Positions 1-8,505 of a stretch of DNA of 43,245 bases are shown piece after piece. Source of the stretch: Acidobacteriota bacterium (GTDB lineage Bacteria; Acidobacteriota; UBA6911; JACQSX01); assembly GCA_036507075.1 (NCBI GenBank), contig DASXQR010000062.1, positions 1 through 43,245 on the forward strand, read 5' to 3'. Numbering within the stretch: position 1 is the stretch's first letter; each line of letters opens with the position of its first letter. The position numbers were made by a program, and so were the translations under genes. The notes under the pieces are model-generated. The model saw only the letters and a list, made by a program, of their open reading frames with translations. It ran no database searches and was not told where the DNA came from.

Positions 1-603
1 CTGGAATTCTTCCTGCGACAGACTCTGGTCGGCCATCACGCCCACGACGGTAAACCAGGCGTTGTTTACCTTGAGCGATTTTCCCAGCGCGCTCTCGAAA
101 CCAAACAGTCCCTGCTTGGCCTTTGCCCCCAGCACGCACACCTGGCTGTAGACGGCCTCGTCCTGCTTGTCAAAAAACGCGCCGTCGAGCAGATCCAGAT
201 TTCCCATGCCGAAGTACGCTGCATCGACGGCGATCACACGCGACTCCACTTTATGATCGCCTGAGAAGACCTGGTACGTCTTGATGTTCTTTTTTCCAGA
301 ACCGCGCCTGATGTTCGGGGTCACCTGAAGCACAGCGTCGAAATCGCGGCGGGAGAGGCCAAGGGATTTCTCACGCACCTTGCGCAGATCCTCAGGATCA
401 AATTCCTTTCCCTCGACGATGACGTTGTGCAGTCCCATCTGGCGGATGATCTTCAGCGCCTGGTCCTGGGCGCCCGCTCCGATCGAGAGCATCGAAATGA
501 CCGCCCCCACGCCGAAGATGATTCCAATCATGGTCAGCAGTGACCGGAGCTTGCGCTTGGCCAGATTGTCCAGGGATTGTACGACGCTTTCCCGAATGTT
601 CAT
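1..603 (-). CDS. ABC transporter permease, MacB/FtsX family (runs off window start)
   Basis: Own translation from ATG at 603: MNIRESVVQSLDNLAKRKLRSLLTMIGIIFGVGAVISMLSIGAGAQ, the typical MacB permease N-terminus. ATGA overlap with the upstream adaptor stop (600-602). No N-terminal ATPase domain. Confidence 0.9.
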   Translation of the reverse strand, partial: MNIRESVVQSLDNLAKRKLRSLLTMIGIIFGVGAVISMLSIGAGAQDQALKIIRQMGLHNVIVEGKEFDPEDLRKVREKSLGLSRRDFDAVLQVTPNIRRGSGKKNIKTYQVFSGDHKVESRVIAVDAAYFGMGNLDLLDGAFFDKQDEAVYSQVCVLGAKAKQGLFGFESALGKSLKVNNAWFTVVGVMADQSLSQEEFQ

Positions 604-1910
604 TGCGCCCCGGGCCGGCTGTTTGAAACGGAAGGCGCTGCGCTGCCCGCCTTTTCTTTGGAACCCTGGTCCACCCTGGGAGGATTCAACAGCACAGCGT
701 CTCCTTCACGAACGCCCGACTGAAGCACTATGCGCGCCGAGTCACCGGTGCCGATTTCTACTTCCCTTCGTTCTGGCGCGTCCGCGCGCTGCACCCAGAC
801 TGAGAATTTTCGATTTTCTTCGACCAGCGCGCTTCGCGGCACTACCAGCGCTTCAGGAATGTGCGCCACCTGGATCTTTGCTCTCACCAGCTTTCCCGGC
901 CTTAGAATCTCGCTGCCCTTTGCCGGGACGTTGAGAAGCACTTCGAAGTATTTGACCGGCGAATCCTTCTCGACCGGTCGGGCCAGCGTTTCGATGCGCT
1001 CCACGGTCACGTCGAAGCGCATGCCGGGATGAGAGTCCACCACGATACGACCGCTCTGCCCGACCTTCAGGTTACCGGCGTCCGACTCGAGCACATAAAC
1101 GCGCGCCTTCATCGAAGTGATGTCGGGAATGGTGAGAATTACCATCCCCGGCCAGCGGGTGTCGCCCACGCTGGTGCCTTGCTCCATCCACCATCCTTCC
1201 TTCTGGTGAAGCACCAGGCCGTCGTGAGGAGAGAGGATCTTCAGAGAGCCGAGGCTCTGCTGGAGCATGTCGCGCTTGCTCTCGTGCTGCTTTCTTTCGA
1301 TCACCAGGATGCGCTGGGAGGTGTCATTGATCTTCTTTTTGGTGTCCACCTTCCCGCCAAGTTCGGTGACTTTTGTGGTGGACAAATTAACATCCAGCTC
1401 GCCTTCGATGATCTGATTGCGCGTGAAAATCTCCTGGTCCTTGGGAGCCTGCGTCTTGGCTTTGTCCAGTTCCATGGAAGCGATTTCCCGGTCGGCTGAA
1501 ACCTGGCCGGTATCGGAATTGCCGCGCAGCACGGTGACTTCAAGTTGTTTTAATGCGGACTCCAGACTGTTCTTTGTCTTGTCGGCCTGCATCAGAAGTT
1601 CCGACGCATCGAATTCCACCAGCACGTCCCCTTTCTTCACCATCGTTCCATTTTTTACGATGGCGAAGACTTTCAATCCACCGGTGCGAACCTGGGGGAC
1701 GGAAATAGGAGTGGACTTGGCGGTCTGCAATTCACCGAAGGCGGGTATTTCGATGGTAAAGGGCATTTTCTTCAGCGTGTAGATCACCGGCTGGTTTTGC
1801 GCCAGCGCGAAAAAATCGCTCCAGCTTGGAAACTGTCTGGTAGTGTACGCCCACACCCCGCCCACGATCAGAATCACGGAAAGGGAAGAAAGAAAAATCC
1901 ATTTCTTCAT
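600..1910 (-). CDS. Efflux periplasmic adaptor subunit (MacA/HlyD family) #3
   Basis: N-terminal TM, lipoyl half motifs (GTMVKKGDVLVEFD; SPHDGLV), coiled coil, beta-barrel (LKVGQ, LRPGKLV), C-terminal GVREGDAV. Confidence 0.9.
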   Translation of the reverse strand: MKKWIFLSSLSVILIVGGVWAYTTRQFPSWSDFFALAQNQPVIYTLKKMPFTIEIPAFGELQTAKSTPISVPQVRTGGLKVFAIVKNGTMVKKGDVLVEFDASELLMQADKTKNSLESALKQLEVTVLRGNSDTGQVSADREIASMELDKAKTQAPKDQEIFTRNQIIEGELDVNLSTTKVTELGGKVDTKKKINDTSQRILVIERKQHESKRDMLQQSLGSLKILSPHDGLVLHQKEGWWMEQGTSVGDTRWPGMVILTIPDITSMKARVYVLESDAGNLKVGQSGRIVVDSHPGMRFDVTVERIETLARPVEKDSPVKYFEVLLNVPAKGSEILRPGKLVRAKIQVAHIPEALVVPRSALVEENRKFSVWVQRADAPERREVEIGTGDSARIVLQSGVREGDAVLLNPPRVDQGSKEKAGSAAPSVSNSRPGAQ

Positions 1911-2040
1911 ATAGAAGTTTGAGCTAAACGGTTCATTAATGCCCAGGCACAGCGCTCAGAACCGCAACCAAAAAATCGTTCATGCTCTCCATCCAGGGCG
2001 CCTGAGCAAAAGCTCTTATATCCCCTAAACTCTGCCGGCG

Positions 2041-3273
2041 CTAAAGCACTGCCACCCGTTCCCCTTCTTTCAAACCTTCAATCACCTCAATCGATTCGGT
2101 GTTTCGGCGTCCCACGCGGATTTGTCTTTCGCTCTTCTTTCCATCGGCCCCCAACACGGTCACCACCGCCCGGCCCTGTCTTTCCCTCACCGTTCTGAGC
2201 GGTATCATCAGCACGCTGGGAATGCGCTGGACTTCTATCAGCGCCGTGGCCGTCATTCCGGGGAGCAGTTTGCCTTCGCGGCGATCCAGCGTGATGATCG
2301 CATCCACCACTTTTATGGGAATATCGAAGCGCTTCGTGCGCAGGACAGTTCCCACCGAAGCCACTCGCCCGCTAAGCTTCAGTTCCGGAAACGCATCCAG
2401 CCTTATTGTGACACGCTGCCCGGCACTCACACCCCCGGCGTTCACTTCTTCCACCATTGCTTCCAGGCGTAAAGAGGACAAGTCGGGAATCTGCATAATC
2501 GTTTCCAGGCGCCAGGCCGATTGGCCTACCTGTTTTTTCTCGCCGTTCCAGCTTCTTTTGTAAATCACCACGCCGCTGGATGGAGCCACAACCTTTAAAG
2601 CTTTTTGCTGCTCCTGAAGGCGGTTGACGCGGTTGCGCGTGTTCTGAAGGTTGTTCTGCAGGGCCGCCAGCTCGGCCTTCTGCATTCGCAGCGTCGCCTC
2701 AAGCTTTTCGTTCAACCGTTGTGACTCGGTCTGCGCCAGTTCCAGTTGAATCTGAGCCAGCTTGTAGTCCTGCATCGAGATAAGCGAGGCGTCGACTTCG
2801 GCCTTATGTTTTGCCTTTTCGAGATTAACCCTCGCTTCTTCAACGCGGATGCGCAGGTCGCGGAGCTGGATGTCGTATTCCAGCTTTCGCTTGTTCAGCT
2901 CCTCCTCGGTCTTCTGCATGTCGGCCTGCTGTTCGGTAAGCCGGCGGTTTACTTCCTGGCCGTCGAACTCGATCAGCATGTCCCCGGGCTTGACCTGCGT
3001 CCCCTCGTCAACCAGGCGCGCGATCTTGAAATCCCACATACCTTCCACAAACGGAGGACCGATGTCAGAAGCGCGCTGCGCCACCAGCGGACCGATGGCC
3101 GTGACTTCGATCTTCAGGTCACCGCGCCGCACAGTGGCAATTTCGTTGGCCGTCGAGGCAACCGAGTCAACCCCAGGTCGCACCGATACCAGCGAGACGG
3201 CGATCAGAATCACGGCGGCGATGGCCAGAATCCGCCAGTATTTACGCACACCAACGACAAGGCCCATTTTCAT
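2041..3273 (-). CDS. Efflux periplasmic adaptor subunit (MacA/HlyD family) #2
   Basis: EGTQVKPGDMLIEFD, APSSGVV, LLPGMTA, GLKEGERV motifs; ATGA overlap with upstream gene. Confidence 0.9.
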   Translation of the reverse strand: MKMGLVVGVRKYWRILAIAAVILIAVSLVSVRPGVDSVASTANEIATVRRGDLKIEVTAIGPLVAQRASDIGPPFVEGMWDFKIARLVDEGTQVKPGDMLIEFDGQEVNRRLTEQQADMQKTEEELNKRKLEYDIQLRDLRIRVEEARVNLEKAKHKAEVDASLISMQDYKLAQIQLELAQTESQRLNEKLEATLRMQKAELAALQNNLQNTRNRVNRLQEQQKALKVVAPSSGVVIYKRSWNGEKKQVGQSAWRLETIMQIPDLSSLRLEAMVEEVNAGGVSAGQRVTIRLDAFPELKLSGRVASVGTVLRTKRFDIPIKVVDAIITLDRREGKLLPGMTATALIEVQRIPSVLMIPLRTVRERQGRAVVTVLGADGKKSERQIRVGRRNTESIEVIEGLKEGERVAVL

Positions 3274-4493
3274 AGCTTCACGATCGTCCCTTCGGAAAGG
3301 CCTTCAATTAGAAAATGCTTTGAATTGCGGCCGAGAACACGAATCTCCTGGCGGCTTCCTGAGTCGAGCGTTACGTAGAACTTTCCCTGCTCTTCTTTTA
3401 CAGCTCTGCGCGGAAGCACCAGGCCCTGTCGCTCATCCAGAAAGATTTCCACCTGCACGGACATTCCCGGCCTCATGAACTTCTGGTCTGTCTTGTCCAG
3501 CCTGATCGTAGTGTTAAAAATTCGCACATTCGAGCTTCTGCCATAACGCTCCGCCAGTTCCGGAACATGCTCCACAGTTCCGTCAAACACCATGTCCGGT
3601 CGAGAATCGGTGATAATGCGCGCACGCTGGCCCGTTCGGAGCATCCCGCCGTCCACTTCGCTGACAAAGGCGCGGACCTCCATGTCCTGCAGATCCGGGA
3701 TACTCAGCACCGTCCAGCCGGAAAAAACCTGATCTCCAACCTGGAATTTTCGCGGCATCTCGTTGTTGTTCCACCGCGAGGGCGGGTAAATCTCGTAAAG
3801 CACGGTCCCCGGACGATCGGCACGCATTTCCATGGATTGGATGCCGGATTTAGTCAGCTCCATACCCGACTTTATCTGCTGGCGTTTGAGGCGCAGCAAA
3901 TCCACCTCCTCGGTGGATGCTTTCCTGGCGAGTTCCAGACTTTGAAGAGTCTTGTCGTACTCTTTTTTTGCTTTCTGATATGCGAACTGGTTGTCCTGAA
4001 AATCCCGCACGGAAATCAGTTCCTGACTGATGTCGGCCTTCAGTTTGGTCTGATCGAGTTGAAGTTTGTTCTGGGCGAGCTGCATTTCGAGATCTTTGAC
4101 CTGGATCTCCAACTCAGCCTGTTTTTTTACCAGGTCGTTTTCAGCCCGCTCCAGCTCCAGTTCTTCGGTGGACAGATTGTTGACCAGCACTGAATTGTCA
4201 ATCTGAAGCAGAAGATCGCCCGGGCGAACCGTTGAACCTTCAGGCGGCAACGCCTTGATGGAAAAGGGACCCTGGCTCCGGAAAGGAGGGGCAGTGATTC
4301 GAACTGCGCGCGACGCGGACAGCTCCCCGGACACAATCAGAGACCGGACAAACTTGTCCCGGCGGACCCTTGCGGAGGTCTCCTGGTTGTTCTGTTGGGC
4401 AGACGTAGGGCTGCCGGAATTCCAAAGGCTGACCGCGAGTGCTGCCAGCGCTATCAGAATCGTGGCCCATAGTCCGACTGAGCGCATTCTCAT
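3270..4493 (-). CDS. Efflux periplasmic adaptor subunit (MacA/HlyD family) #1
   Basis: EGSTVRPGDLLLQID, ADRPGTV, MRPGMSV, GLSEG motifs; N-terminal TM. Confidence 0.9.
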   Translation of the reverse strand: MRMRSVGLWATILIALAALAVSLWNSGSPTSAQQNNQETSARVRRDKFVRSLIVSGELSASRAVRITAPPFRSQGPFSIKALPPEGSTVRPGDLLLQIDNSVLVNNLSTEELELERAENDLVKKQAELEIQVKDLEMQLAQNKLQLDQTKLKADISQELISVRDFQDNQFAYQKAKKEYDKTLQSLELARKASTEEVDLLRLKRQQIKSGMELTKSGIQSMEMRADRPGTVLYEIYPPSRWNNNEMPRKFQVGDQVFSGWTVLSIPDLQDMEVRAFVSEVDGGMLRTGQRARIITDSRPDMVFDGTVEHVPELAERYGRSSNVRIFNTTIRLDKTDQKFMRPGMSVQVEIFLDERQGLVLPRRAVKEEQGKFYVTLDSGSRQEIRVLGRNSKHFLIEGLSEGTIVKL

Positions 4494-4517
4494 CTCTGAC
4501 CCTCAGATCCCTTTTTT

Positions 4518-4651
4518 GCCACAAAGACACGAAGACACGAAGTTCTGATGTTTATTCGAAGTGACACACTCCCGGCAATAACGTATAGAGATTGATGAAA
4601 AGTGTCACTTCGCGGTAAATCACGTCCTTCGTGTCTTCGTGTCTTCGTGGC
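4518..4651. repeat. ~130 bp palindromic element, family A (GCCACGAAGACACGAAG termini, inner GAAGTGACAC inverted repeat)
   Basis: 25 bp terminal inverted repeats of 8-mer units; inner IR cgaagtgacac (4557-4567) / gtgtcacttcg (4602-4612). Confidence 0.9.
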
Positions 4652-4732
4652 AAATTTCAGCTCCGACCAGCTGGACTGTTGTGAATTGAACGAAAATCAG
4701 CGAAATACCGCACCCGTTAGGATGCTGAAGAG

Positions 4733-4761
4733 TTAGACGCGGCCTGCATCAAAAGTGTTCC
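4733..4761 (-). promoter_or_regulatory. Putative ECF-sigma promoter for the export operon
   Basis: Minus strand GGAAC-N17-CGTCTAA. Immediately upstream is a 10-bp direct repeat taggaattta x2 (4762-4781). Confidence 0.45.
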
Positions 4762-4955
4762 TAGGAATTTATAGGAATTTATCAGATTTTACGGTTCTTC
4801 GCTGCCCGGCAGCCGGCTCTCTTACTGTAACTCATGATATAATTTAAGTTATGGTAAATCTCGCAGGCAGGCCGGTCCCCGTTTGGGGCATCGGATAGGC
4901 TGTTTGCGACATATCTCTCTGCTCACAGCTGTTTTTTTGAAGGAGGACGTAAACT

Positions 4956-5312
4956 ATGGCTAAAACACTTGCCTGGATTTTCGGAGTTGTTTTCCTGTTG
5001 GTGGCAATCCTCGGCTTCAGAATGGGGGAAGGCATGCTGCTGGGTTACTTTGCGGTCAATCAGATGCACAACCTGGTCCATCTACTGTCTGGCATAGCCG
5101 CCATCGGCGCGGCTCTGGCCGGCGAGCGGTACGCCCGCATGTACTTCCAGATTTTCGGCGTCGTGTACCTGCTGGTGACCATCATTGGATTTGCCACGGG
5201 AAACTTGCTCGGCATGACGCTTAACATGGCAGACAATATTCTCCATCTGGCCATTGCAGCCGTCGCGCTGATTGTCGGATTCGTAGGCCATAGGGCCCCG
5301 GCCGCCGCATAA
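4956..5312 (+). CDS. DUF4383-like small membrane protein
   Basis: Four hydrophobic segments, HNLVHLLSG and DNILHL motifs; AGGAGG RBS. Confidence 0.75.
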   Translation: MAKTLAWIFGVVFLLVAILGFRMGEGMLLGYFAVNQMHNLVHLLSGIAAIGAALAGERYARMYFQIFGVVYLLVTIIGFATGNLLGMTLNMADNILHLAIAAVALIVGFVGHRAPAAA

Positions 5313-5478
5313 GCCCACTCCAAAACTGCAGGAACTAGCCGCCGATTTACGCGGACAACGCTAATCCGTGTTTTCCGGGTAGATCAGCGGCCAATTCTTT
5401 TATTCCTTGCTCAACCAAGCTCAACTCTGAGAGATTATATGTAATTACCTCAGTGGAGAAAGCAAGTGGAGGATTTTT

Positions 5479-6060
5479 ATGAAACAGAAAGTCGCTGCGG
5501 CGGCTTTGCTGGGAATACTGACGACTCCTTTTTTGATCGGGCAGGAGAGAAACCGCCAATCTCATGATCGCCGAAACTCCGGCGAAATCTTCCGATTTTT
5601 CGACCATCCCGCGTTCGGCTCGAATTTCCTCTTTGGGCCCCGAATCCGGGCTTTTCCCATCCTACACGTTCCCCGAGAATGGCTGGCGTTTTCGTTTGCA
5701 GAGCATTTCGTATGGGGCAATCATCGACCCACGCGCGAAAGTGCGGGCGACCATTTTTTGCTGTTCAGGGGATATCCTGATGTCTATTATGCGGGCGCAT
5801 ACGGAGCGGAAACGACCGGTTCTTCCAGTTACGCTAGCCAGCCTTTCGTCGAAGAATGGAAAGGACGCGAGCCGATCATGAAGGGGCCGGCACCAGACTT
5901 GACGCAGTCGACACTTCTGGCAGAAGGAATGCAGGAGGAGGAGGTTGTCAAACGTCTGGGATCCCCGCTCCAGCGGATTCAACTGGGAGAGCGGCAGGTC
6001 TGGAAATACTCCGGCTTTTCACTTTTATTTGAAAGCGGCCTGCTCAAAGAAATCCGCTGA
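5479..6060 (+). CDS. Hypothetical secreted protein with C-terminal SmpA/BamE-like small domain
   Basis: GGAGG RBS, signal-peptide-like start, C-terminal GMQEEEVVKRLGSP...WKY...LLFESGLL. Confidence 0.65.
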   Translation: MKQKVAAAALLGILTTPFLIGQERNRQSHDRRNSGEIFRFFDHPAFGSNFLFGPRIRAFPILHVPREWLAFSFAEHFVWGNHRPTRESAGDHFLLFRGYPDVYYAGAYGAETTGSSSYASQPFVEEWKGREPIMKGPAPDLTQSTLLAEGMQEEEVVKRLGSPLQRIQLGERQVWKYSGFSLLFESGLLKEIR

Positions 6061-6090
6061 TCACGAAACTTAGTAAAATTGGGAGTGACA

Positions 6091-7047
6091 ATGAAGAAAA
6101 TTACTGTTGTGTTCATCCTGGTCATCAGTTTCACCGCACTAATTTTCCCGGCCTCGGATAAAAAGCGGGTGGCAATACTGAACTTTGATTTCGGCACTGT
6201 GCACCGGTGGTGGAGCGGCGACTGGGACATTGGAAAAGGAATTGCCGACCTGATTGTCACCGAGCTGGTCAAAGACGGCACCTACAGCGTGATTGAGCGC
6301 AAAGCATTGGACGCCGTCCTGGCGGAGCAGAATTTTTCCAACAGCAACCGCGCCGACGCCACCACTGCCGCAAGGATCGGGAAACTCCTGGGTGTTAACG
6401 TGATCCTGGTGGGAAGCATCACCCAGTTCGGCACCGAGGACAAGAGTCTCAATGTTGGAGGTATCGCCGGGAGGTTTGGCGGGTTTGGAGGAGGAAAGGT
6501 CGGGACATCGAAGGGGAAAGCAAACGTCGTGATAGATGCCCGCCTGGTCGATGTAAACACTGGTGAAATCCTGGCGGTGGCTACGGGAAAGGGGGAATCC
6601 TCACGCAGCGGATTGTTGCTCGGAGGAGGCGGAGCGGGTGGCGGAGGCTTCGGCGCCGGCGGGATAGACATGGGCAGCAGTAATTTCCAGGAGACGATCA
6701 TCGGCGAGGCCACGCGCCAGGCAGTCCAGGGAGCAGCAAAGGAGTTGATCAGCGCCAGCGGTAAAGTTTCTACCACAAAGGTGGAAATCCGTGGAATGGT
6801 TGCCGATGTCGATGGGAAAAATGTAATTCTCAACGTTGGTTCCTCACAAGGCGTGAAAGTCGGCGATCATCTAAAGATTTTGCGCGTCACCCGCACGGTT
6901 AAGGACCCTGCGACAGGCAAAGTTCTAAGAGAGATTACCGAAAGCGTAGCCGAGCTTGAAGTCACTCAGACCGATGAAGGATCATCTGTGGCCAAAGTTA
7001 TTTCCGGCGCAAGCACAAAGGTGGGCGATCTGGTAAGAAGCCAGTAA
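6091..7047 (+). CDS. CsgG/HfaB-family protein with C-terminal FlgT-like domain
   Basis: RVAILNF, VIERKALDAVLAEQ, IGKLLGV, GSITQFG, DARLVDVNTGEI; C-terminal ILNVGSSQGVKVGD. ATG 6091 follows GGGAG. Confidence 0.85.
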   Translation: MKKITVVFILVISFTALIFPASDKKRVAILNFDFGTVHRWWSGDWDIGKGIADLIVTELVKDGTYSVIERKALDAVLAEQNFSNSNRADATTAARIGKLLGVNVILVGSITQFGTEDKSLNVGGIAGRFGGFGGGKVGTSKGKANVVIDARLVDVNTGEILAVATGKGESSRSGLLLGGGGAGGGGFGAGGIDMGSSNFQETIIGEATRQAVQGAAKELISASGKVSTTKVEIRGMVADVDGKNVILNVGSSQGVKVGDHLKILRVTRTVKDPATGKVLREITESVAELEVTQTDEGSSVAKVISGASTKVGDLVRSQ

Positions 7048-7081
7048 TCGAAGGGACGGCCTAACCAAAGCGCGCGCAGCG

Positions 7082-8017
7082 CTAGATTTCCATAAGATCC
7101 CTGCCGACGATGATTGGGCCGTTGAAATGCTTGCGCACACCTTGCGCCCACTGCTCGTCGGTGATTGATGGATCATCGCCGGGAACAAAGTGAGAGAGCA
7201 CCAGCGTCTTGACTCCCGCCTCAGCCGCGACTCTGCCGACGTCTTCGGGGACGGTATGAGCCGCCAGCAGGTGCTTGCGCAACCGCGCGGCATTCGGGAC
7301 GCGCTTTAGTAAGGCCTCGACACCCGGCAGATACATTACTTCGTGCACGAGCACGTCGGCGCCCTTGGCGAAATCGGCAAGCTCGGGCGCGTAGGTCGTG
7401 TCTCCGGAAATAACCACGGAACGGTCCTTCGCGTCGAACCGGAAGGCGTAAGCCTGCTTGATCGGCGGGTGGCGCACCAAAGCGGCGCTTACTTTCACGT
7501 CATCGTTCTGCAACACGACACCCGGTCTCTCGAACTCGTGCGCGAAAACCAGCTTGCGCAAGTCGGGTCGGCCCTCGTCGTCGATCCGGGTTTCGATGTC
7601 GAAGTTCATATACCGGAAGAAAGCCTGGATCATCTTCTCCAATCCGGCTGGGCCATAGGCATCCACGCGCATTGGAAGGCCCGTGGCCCAGGCGTTATAG
7701 ATAACGGCGCCGTACTCCAGGTTGTGATCGGAGTGATGATGGGTGATGAAGATATAACGGAGCTTGTCAAGCGTCACGCCTGCGGCGAGCAGTTGCCTCG
7801 ATGACCCGTAGCCGCAGTCCACAAGGTAGGGAGTGCCGTTGATCAACAGCAGCGTCGAGGGATTGCTGCGGCCTTCGCCCAGGCGCGGCCCGCCTTTCGT
7901 TCCAAGCAGGATGAGCCGTGTGCCCTTCCTTTCCTGGCCGAAGGCAACGGGAGTTAATGCGCCCAAGGAAAATCCAAGACCTGCGGCGCCGATCAGGAAC
8001 TGTCTGCGACTGTGCAT
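7082..8017 (-). CDS. MBL-fold metallohydrolase (RNase Z/arylsulfatase-like), Tat-exported
   Basis: SRRQFL Tat motif; LLGTKGGP, THHHSDH, SGDT, LVHE, LSHFVP motifs. Confidence 0.88.
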   Translation of the reverse strand: MHSRRQFLIGAAGLGFSLGALTPVAFGQERKGTRLILLGTKGGPRLGEGRSNPSTLLLINGTPYLVDCGYGSSRQLLAAGVTLDKLRYIFITHHHSDHNLEYGAVIYNAWATGLPMRVDAYGPAGLEKMIQAFFRYMNFDIETRIDDEGRPDLRKLVFAHEFERPGVVLQNDDVKVSAALVRHPPIKQAYAFRFDAKDRSVVISGDTTYAPELADFAKGADVLVHEVMYLPGVEALLKRVPNAARLRKHLLAAHTVPEDVGRVAAEAGVKTLVLSHFVPGDDPSITDEQWAQGVRKHFNGPIIVGRDLMEI

Positions 8018-8105
8018 GATGACTCCTAATGTTCTCGAGCCCCCGAACTCACCCCGCGTTCGGGCGCTCGGTAGACTCTAGCACTGGAATCCCCAGCACC
8101 GATAA

Positions 8106-8363
8106 TCAGCTTTCAGCCCACTTGGCTCCGAGTTGCACGCGAAGCGCAGAGCCACGTCCCGCAAGGGTGTGGCGGGGTCAAAAGAAGTTGGGAATCATCG
8201 GCGGCAGCAGCGGTTTCTTGGTCGGCCCGCTGTCTTTGCCGCAGTCGCTGTCACCCGGTGGATCAATGGATATCCCCGTCACGTTTGCGCCCGTGGTGGC
8301 CGATGGCTGCGCCAGAACTTGAACCACTAAGACACAAAGCCAACGAAGGACGAGCGCCTTCAC
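8106..8363 (-). pseudogene. Possible remnant of a TonB-dependent receptor gene (N- and C-terminal fragments joined)
   Basis: AQPSATTGANVTGISIDPPG resembles a receptor N-terminus; in frame past one TGA, GSALRVQLGAKW resembles the final barrel strand. Confidence 0.35.
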
Positions 8364-8378
8364 TACTTCGTCTTCTTC

Positions 8379-8455
8379 CCCTTCATTCCCCCTTCATCCC
8401 CCTTCATAACCCTTCATTCCCCTTCATTCCCCTTCATAACCCTTCATCACCTTCC
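8379..8455. repeat. Tandem ~10-mer CCTTCATTCC/CCTTCATAAC array (about 7 units)
   Basis: Directly visible; ends in cagggttaaa, like a lone right arm of the palindromic elements. Confidence 0.85.
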
Positions 8456-8505
8456 TTCCACAGGGTTAAAATAGCCGCGGCAAGATTGGCGTCTCTATAG
8501 AGCTT

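Noticed and set aside
1911..2040. Possible degenerate palindromic element between adaptors
   Set aside because: Only short weak inverted matches (gctcag/ctgagc) and no tandem units.
6091..7047. Curli secretion system linked to the Trp-repeat tail
   Set aside because: No csgA/B/E/F nearby, the protein lacks a lipobox, and it is 26 kb from the S8 gene.
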